From positions 248,001 through 312,000 of IMG/VR virus record IMGVR_UViG_3300028920_000022: a stretch of DNA of 64,000 nt; one strand, given 5' to 3'. The position numbers and the translations under genes are program-made. Position 1 is the first letter of the stretch. Each line of letters opens with the position of its first letter. Below are positions 59,901-64,000 of this stretch, in pieces. A model generated the notes under the pieces. That model searched no databases and was not told the DNA's origin. It saw only the letters and a program-made list of their open reading frames with translations.

Positions 59901-60164
59901 ACTTCTGAATTTTCCAATAACTCTGAAATAGTCAGGCAAAACGTTCAAGATGCGGTGACAGCAGCGCTTACTGCCAGTGAATTAGGAACTACGGTAGATT
60001 CTTCAGACTTGGTAGTTGTTGCCCAGCAGGTGGAGGGCGTAGATAGAGCGAGGATTTTATTCTTTAATTTAGCTGATGAGGCGGGCACGGTATTGAGTAT
60101 TACCGCCAGAAGTAATGAATTTTTGGTAGCAAACACTGTGACAATAGCGTTGGAAACTAGATAA
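56925..60164 (+). CDS. Baseplate J-like wedge protein
   Basis: DTKPGQVSRD, ALGSDLDRLASNYG, GVQGNV, GGSAPEDDATFRSR, GGKVDVYV motifs. Confidence 0.85.
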   Translation: MATIRTQNEIVLSLLEFFNNAQPSLDTKPGQVSRDVLVDGLAVQLSRLYEELQRNAALSSLRLALGSDLDRLASNYGAVRQRGTKSSGPVLLTFDEIVADIGINAGDIVTARNGATFVVLSNTVVNPVFLNSYRATATRNRADLDLAGITDEFAVQVQVEASATGVQGNVSKYSIASTEIAGVSHVVNVSPFGGGSAPEDDATFRSRVLAIFSGANTGTALGYRNAVLSDPAVLDAIVIQPGDTLMTRDGTQVSTDSNGDYIIISEGTGGKVDVYVYGTRLLEVFDSFVYNDLSNTDDPTNTANDFVLGQIDGDETKTVTQRRLDNLETGILPAQPANNIVSVTGSISGGNFAAKTVDSLGRVSGNYELVVDTGVYGGSPWGFDKLHWVSAYIADYPEDITKGSFNGQDSLSFPDTLEITSITQNISVVNENSTVSRSDRSSIQLKHYPITNVTRVFNSTTGERYVIQSQNPDGTGSINTNGRIVISGSSLPAVSDTLQVDYTWIFDYDPWWDYDNHLTIRNPRSVNDSIDWGYSNAVRREQATLTASGSSLVATVTHPISTVISVNVFEEENSTVTLSSGSLAVVVSQTVSNVVSIVKTANGAEIWNTSDDDGSFSGYTIFLPTDTSAAYSNAVTVVYNAVDVYNVDGYEGSFNSNQINIVPSTTAVAGELVEVNYLANISTLLPATTLSSLPAIRNGNGFDTTTSTGVGNQPTSHLFSSGSIIQNLRQAPSRLTLSVAGNISAGIFTITGTTMVGVFDAVYTVGLAGLKLDLSAAIRSALGLTSSGSIPSNLKLARVTSVEKVEATVNLDVLSVLATYDTLGCALKDNSFVKDEAILDTSLTVTEFTLPSTADNITNTPAVGDRLRVTFYYVLTSDTENVSFSRSGTQSTEKIFAIVDTLAISSGFTSTISQSATLTVTNKNQPTQGSRYKAYYNYTAPKPNERITIRYNYNKLIGDSTLNIENTRPITADVLAKAAFQVLVDVTMNIVVTSEFSNNSEIVRQNVQDAVTAALTASELGTTVDSSDLVVVAQQVEGVDRARILFFNLADEAGTVLSITARSNEFLVANTVTIALETR

Positions 60165-63100
60165 TGGCAAATCTGCGTATAACTAGAATTCGGGTAGTTG
60201 ATAGCACGTCAATACGGGCGCAATTTACTCACAATTTGGACACGACATTAAACGAATCCAATGTTAGTATTACTGCAGTTACACCAGGAATTCCAGCATT
60301 ACAGGTAGCGGAGGCATCGGTTGCCGGTGATATCATGTACATTCAAACGTATCCCATGACACCGTATGCCCAATATGATGTGGAATTTCAATCTACTAGC
60401 ACAAAACGGTTTAAATCTGAAGATGGACAAAATTATTTATTTGAAGATGGACGTACTAACGTTAAACGAGTAATTGGAGCCGAAGATCCAGCTAATCCAA
60501 TTACTAAGACTTTAAAGAAATATTTAGATAGCAGCGTTTATAACATTAACAATGGAACTTTAATTAATGATATTATCAACTCACAAGGCAATAATGTTAG
60601 CCGGGCGTTGTATGATGTTCGTCAAGCCAGTAGTGACAACTATTTAGAAGTTACAGTTACTGACGAAAGGAAAGTAAGGGGATCTGGTCCTTGGGATCGT
60701 TTAAACGAAGAAGGCGCTTTTGAAATTCTTCGGGTTGGCAAGACCACAACTAACGCAACTTTGGAAGGTAGCATTACATATACTTCGTTTCCATCGGATC
60801 CGATTTCGTTGCAACAAACCAACATAACTAATGAGCGTTTAACAGCCGGAACTGGTGATTCAACCTTTAACGATCTTATATTAACAGTTGCTTATTCTCC
60901 AATAATAAAACTGGACAGTTTACGAGTGTTGTATCAAGCTGGTGGCTCAGACACTTATGATATACGTACTTACGGATATCAGATAAAGACGCCTCGTTAT
61001 GATGCAAGTTACGCTTCAACACTCGCAACATTAGCCAACAACCAAATAAAGTTAAGCGATAGAATTTTGGAGAGCGATTCTACTTTTGTTCCACCAGCAG
61101 CTGGGGACACTATAGTTATTAGTTATAAATATAAGAGTTTGGGTAAAATCATTGATCCAGACAGTGTTACTGTTACTCAGGTATTAACTTCCACCAGAGA
61201 GGTCACTCCTCCAATTATTACAGATTTTTATTTAGATTACGCACCAATAGTAACTGCTGACGATCAAACTCCAACCAGTGGTGGGGTGACGTTTTTGGAT
61301 CCACTTTCTAATCCACCATTTTCTGATACACCTGCGGCATTTAATAGGGAAATTCCTTATCGTACTGATGGGTTGCCCCAATCTACTGGAGAATATAGTA
61401 TCGATTATACATCGGGCAGGGTGGTGGTTTATGGTGAAACGACCAATGATGGTACCGGAAACTTCCCTCCCGTTGCCACCTACAACTATCGAAAAACATA
61501 TAGTTCCCGACTAGACTATACCTATAATCCTGAAACGTATGAATTAGTTGCTTCTCCGTTGCGTGATTTAGCTACAGAAAACGCCAGCATTTCGTTTGAT
61601 TATGAATATACTTTGGTGCCAGATCAAGATTTCGTTGCCCAGGTTCATACAGAATCTATAGATGAAAGAATAGATAATAGACTTTCTACTTTAGGATCTC
61701 TATACGTAGAACACACACCTATAACGAACGTATTTCGTGTATATAACGAAACTAGTGCTGAACTGTATACGGTAGTTAGGTTTAATGATAATACGGTATT
61801 TTTCTCATATAGAACCCCTCCTAGAATAAACTCAGTAACGCGAGAAAGAGCATCATTTACCGATGTTTTGCATGAAGTTCTTTTGGTTAATACTGAATTT
61901 ACCAATGCATTGAGTACTCGGGTTTTTAAATTAAACTTAGAAAACGATAACATCATTGCCAACACCGAAGACGCAATTGGGTCAAGTTATAATTCTAGCG
62001 TTTCGTTCAGCCGCACAGATATTTTTGGAACTGAGCTATATTACGACAGTCAAATTTTGACAGCAACAGCTAACACAAATAGATTATTGGTTGGGCAATA
62101 TCAGATAGATTATCGCAATGGAATAGTTTATGTTGGTGTAAGTGCTAGCCAAGATTTGGATTTGGGAACCATTAATTATAAAAACGGTGTAATAAGACCG
62201 GAAAACCAGCACGTCACTGCTGTTTCTGAAGTTTATTATAGTATTAGCAACATTACCGGTATAGCAGAACGTTTAGAATATGACAGTTTTGCAGATCAAG
62301 CTATTACACCTAGTGACTATGATGTTACTGATGAGCGATTTTTGAATGAAGACACTACATTACCATATATTAACAGTGCTGGTCAAATCACAGTTTCTGA
62401 TGATATCAAAGCTGTGCGCGGAGTATATGACGCTTATGACTTGAATAATCATGCTGAGGTAACTAATTTTGCTGTTGGAGCTACGGTTTCTTCAAACGTT
62501 ATTACGCTGGACTCTGCCGGCGTAGAAAAAACAGAAAATTATACAATTAGTGCTGGCGGAACCGTGGTTGTTGATACTATTACTGCTGGCGCAGCTATTG
62601 TGGGTGTGACGAGCGTTCTAAGACTTGCTGATAATGTAGAGTTGTGGGACAATGGCGGAGTATTTAACTCATACACGATTACCTTGTCTGGCGCCGGCAC
62701 TCCTGTTGTCGGGCAAGCAGTAAGAGTTATTTATAATGTACAATTAAATGGTGGTGCAACCCCGGTGGTTGATTACAACCGTGGGGATTATTTTATTGAT
62801 TATGAATATTTGGCGGATGAAATACTGGTAAGTTACGAATATGGTGATAATAAGATAGATTTTCGTAGTAGCTTAGCAATAGATGAAGGAGAAACTTACT
62901 ACGTTACTTATAGTATCGGGGCGTTGCGTAATTCTTTATTGAGCAATTTTGGTAGTTTGGTGGATGTTCCTATTCTGAATACATTTGATGTTTCTTTGGA
63001 TAGAGAAATTTATCGTGATGCATTACAAGCGGCTTTACAGTCGTTTACCAAAGGTCCCACACTACCCGCCATTAGCCTGTTGGTTTCTCAGATTACCAAA

Positions 63101-64000
63101 ATTGATCCTCGTATTACCGAGTCTGTGTTTGATATTTGGTCTTTAGGGGTAAGTAATCTGTATTGGAATGCGGTAGATTATACCGGAACTCCCACCTTAA
63201 TGGCAGGAAAATTTGATAATGGCGTATTGTTGGATACATCCGGTCAGACCATCACTTTTCCTGTGTCCAGCAATTTGCGATTAGAAGAAGGCACGTTGGA
63301 GTGTTGGGTAATTCCAGAGTGGGACGGTTTAGATAATGATGCCACTTTGACCTTTTCTGATTTGACTCGGGATGGGTATCGTCTTTCTACTTCTAATATT
63401 TTTATTGGAGCCGATAGCCATAATCCAACTTATTCAGATACTTATACGTTTTCTGTTAACAGGACAGACACTAACAGCCCAATTGGCTTGCCTTCTGCTG
63501 TATATACTCAGGCTGGCTTATTTGTTTATTATGATGATGTGTTGAAGCGATGGTATATGTTAGTAAAGGATCGTCCAGACGGTTACACATATCAAGGAAC
63601 CATCCAATCATCTGGTGAAGTTTACGACGTAAATTATATTACCGATTTAGGTGAAATTACCGATTCTACTCGTAGTTTTACAGATAAAATAGAATTTTCT
63701 TTAAAGTTAGATACACACGATGCGTTAAGTCCTGACGGATATACTACCGGGGATGGTTATGTACCCGGCTATTCTTTTGATGGGATTACGTTTATGGCAG
63801 ATGATCAGCATTATATTTTTGATGCTGGTGGCACCACAAGTACCAACCGTTTTTCCATTTATAAGGATGGGCGCGGGTATTTGAATTTTGCTGTATGTGA
63901 CAATGGTCGTAGTGCTAGCGGTAAACATACTTATAAAGTAAGTGCGGATATATCGGATTGGTTAGCTGGACAAGCTCATCATTTGGCTATTTCTTGGAAA
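60164..64000 (+). CDS. Large baseplate/wedge protein with LamG-like domain, 3'-truncated (not in the ORF track)
   Basis: ATG 60164 overlaps the previous TAA (MANLRITRIRVVD...). The frame was open wherever I translated it, including the last codons (WLAGQAHHLAISWK). GKFDNGVLL...EEGTLECWVIPEW is a LamG-like pattern; 4 DGY. Confidence 0.75.
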   Translation, partial: MANLRITRIRVVDSTSIRAQFTHNLDTTLNESNVSITAVTPGIPALQVAEASVAGDIMYIQTYPMTPYAQYDVEFQSTSTKRFKSEDGQNYLFEDGRTNVKRVIGAEDPANPITKTLKKYLDSSVYNINNGTLINDIINSQGNNVSRALYDVRQASSDNYLEVTVTDERKVRGSGPWDRLNEEGAFEILRVGKTTTNATLEGSITYTSFPSDPISLQQTNITNERLTAGTGDSTFNDLILTVAYSPIIKLDSLRVLYQAGGSDTYDIRTYGYQIKTPRYDASYASTLATLANNQIKLSDRILESDSTFVPPAAGDTIVISYKYKSLGKIIDPDSVTVTQVLTSTREVTPPIITDFYLDYAPIVTADDQTPTSGGVTFLDPLSNPPFSDTPAAFNREIPYRTDGLPQSTGEYSIDYTSGRVVVYGETTNDGTGNFPPVATYNYRKTYSSRLDYTYNPETYELVASPLRDLATENASISFDYEYTLVPDQDFVAQVHTESIDERIDNRLSTLGSLYVEHTPITNVFRVYNETSAELYTVVRFNDNTVFFSYRTPPRINSVTRERASFTDVLHEVLLVNTEFTNALSTRVFKLNLENDNIIANTEDAIGSSYNSSVSFSRTDIFGTELYYDSQILTATANTNRLLVGQYQIDYRNGIVYVGVSASQDLDLGTINYKNGVIRPENQHVTAVSEVYYSISNITGIAERLEYDSFADQAITPSDYDVTDERFLNEDTTLPYINSAGQITVSDDIKAVRGVYDAYDLNNHAEVTNFAVGATVSSNVITLDSAGVEKTENYTISAGGTVVVDTITAGAAIVGVTSVLRLADNVELWDNGGVFNSYTITLSGAGTPVVGQAVRVIYNVQLNGGATPVVDYNRGDYFIDYEYLADEILVSYEYGDNKIDFRSSLAIDEGETYYVTYSIGALRNSLLSNFGSLVDVPILNTFDVSLDREIYRDALQAALQSFTKGPTLPAISLLVSQITKIDPRITESVFDIWSLGVSNLYWNAVDYTGTPTLMAGKFDNGVLLDTSGQTITFPVSSNLRLEEGTLECWVIPEWDGLDNDATLTFSDLTRDGYRLSTSNIFIGADSHNPTYSDTYTFSVNRTDTNSPIGLPSAVYTQAGLFVYYDDVLKRWYMLVKDRPDGYTYQGTIQSSGEVYDVNYITDLGEITDSTRSFTDKIEFSLKLDTHDALSPDGYTTGDGYVPGYSFDGITFMADDQHYIFDAGGTTSTNRFSIYKDGRGYLNFAVCDNGRSASGKHTYKVSADISDWLAGQAHHLAISWK

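Noticed and set aside
1-64000. Alternative genetic code (stop codon reassignment)
   Set aside because: Long ORFs tile the window under the standard code, and TAA, TAG and TGA all terminate genes at sensible boundaries.
38035-64000. Extracellular contractile injection system or tailocin rather than a phage
   Set aside because: A major capsid protein, decoration protein, neck proteins and G/GT chaperones are in the same region.
1-64000. tRNA, rRNA or tmRNA genes
   Set aside because: Intergenic gaps are short and none showed a cloverleaf or T-loop consensus by eye.

Overview
The window is the virion morphogenesis region of a large, probably jumbo, tailed dsDNA phage with a contractile tail. 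It uses the standard genetic code, is about 40% GC by eye, is densely coding and is almost all on the + strand. Gene order: putative internal head proteins; capsid decoration protein; HK97-like major capsid protein; an inserted cassette (LAGLIDADG-HTH-DUF2156 fusion plus an amino-type DNA methyltransferase); collar/appendage proteins; an accessory island (IscS-like cysteine desulfurase, HNH nuclease, cold-shock protein, ADP-ribosyltransferase-like protein); neck proteins interleaved with a HExxH peptidase and a NUDIX hydrolase; two beta-helix tail fibre/spike proteins; a reverse-strand myxobacterial-style lipoprotein; tail terminator, sheath, tube, frameshifted chaperones and tape measure; and a baseplate module running off the right end. 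Terminase, portal, prohead protease and replication genes were not recognised. The main unexplained signals are: (1) 40 in-frame Asp-Gly-Tyr (DGY) tripeptides confined to predicted outer-surface virion proteins, a possible modification sequon; (2) a shared terminal peptide LxxLASx(F/L)xKxA on unrelated proteins, a possible capsid-packaging signal; (3) a recurrent AATA-N5-GCAT intergenic motif, a candidate late promoter, including a palindromic bidirectional copy; (4) a sharp C-rich to G-rich strand-skew switch near 7.2 kb. All calls come from reading motifs by eye; no database searches were run.
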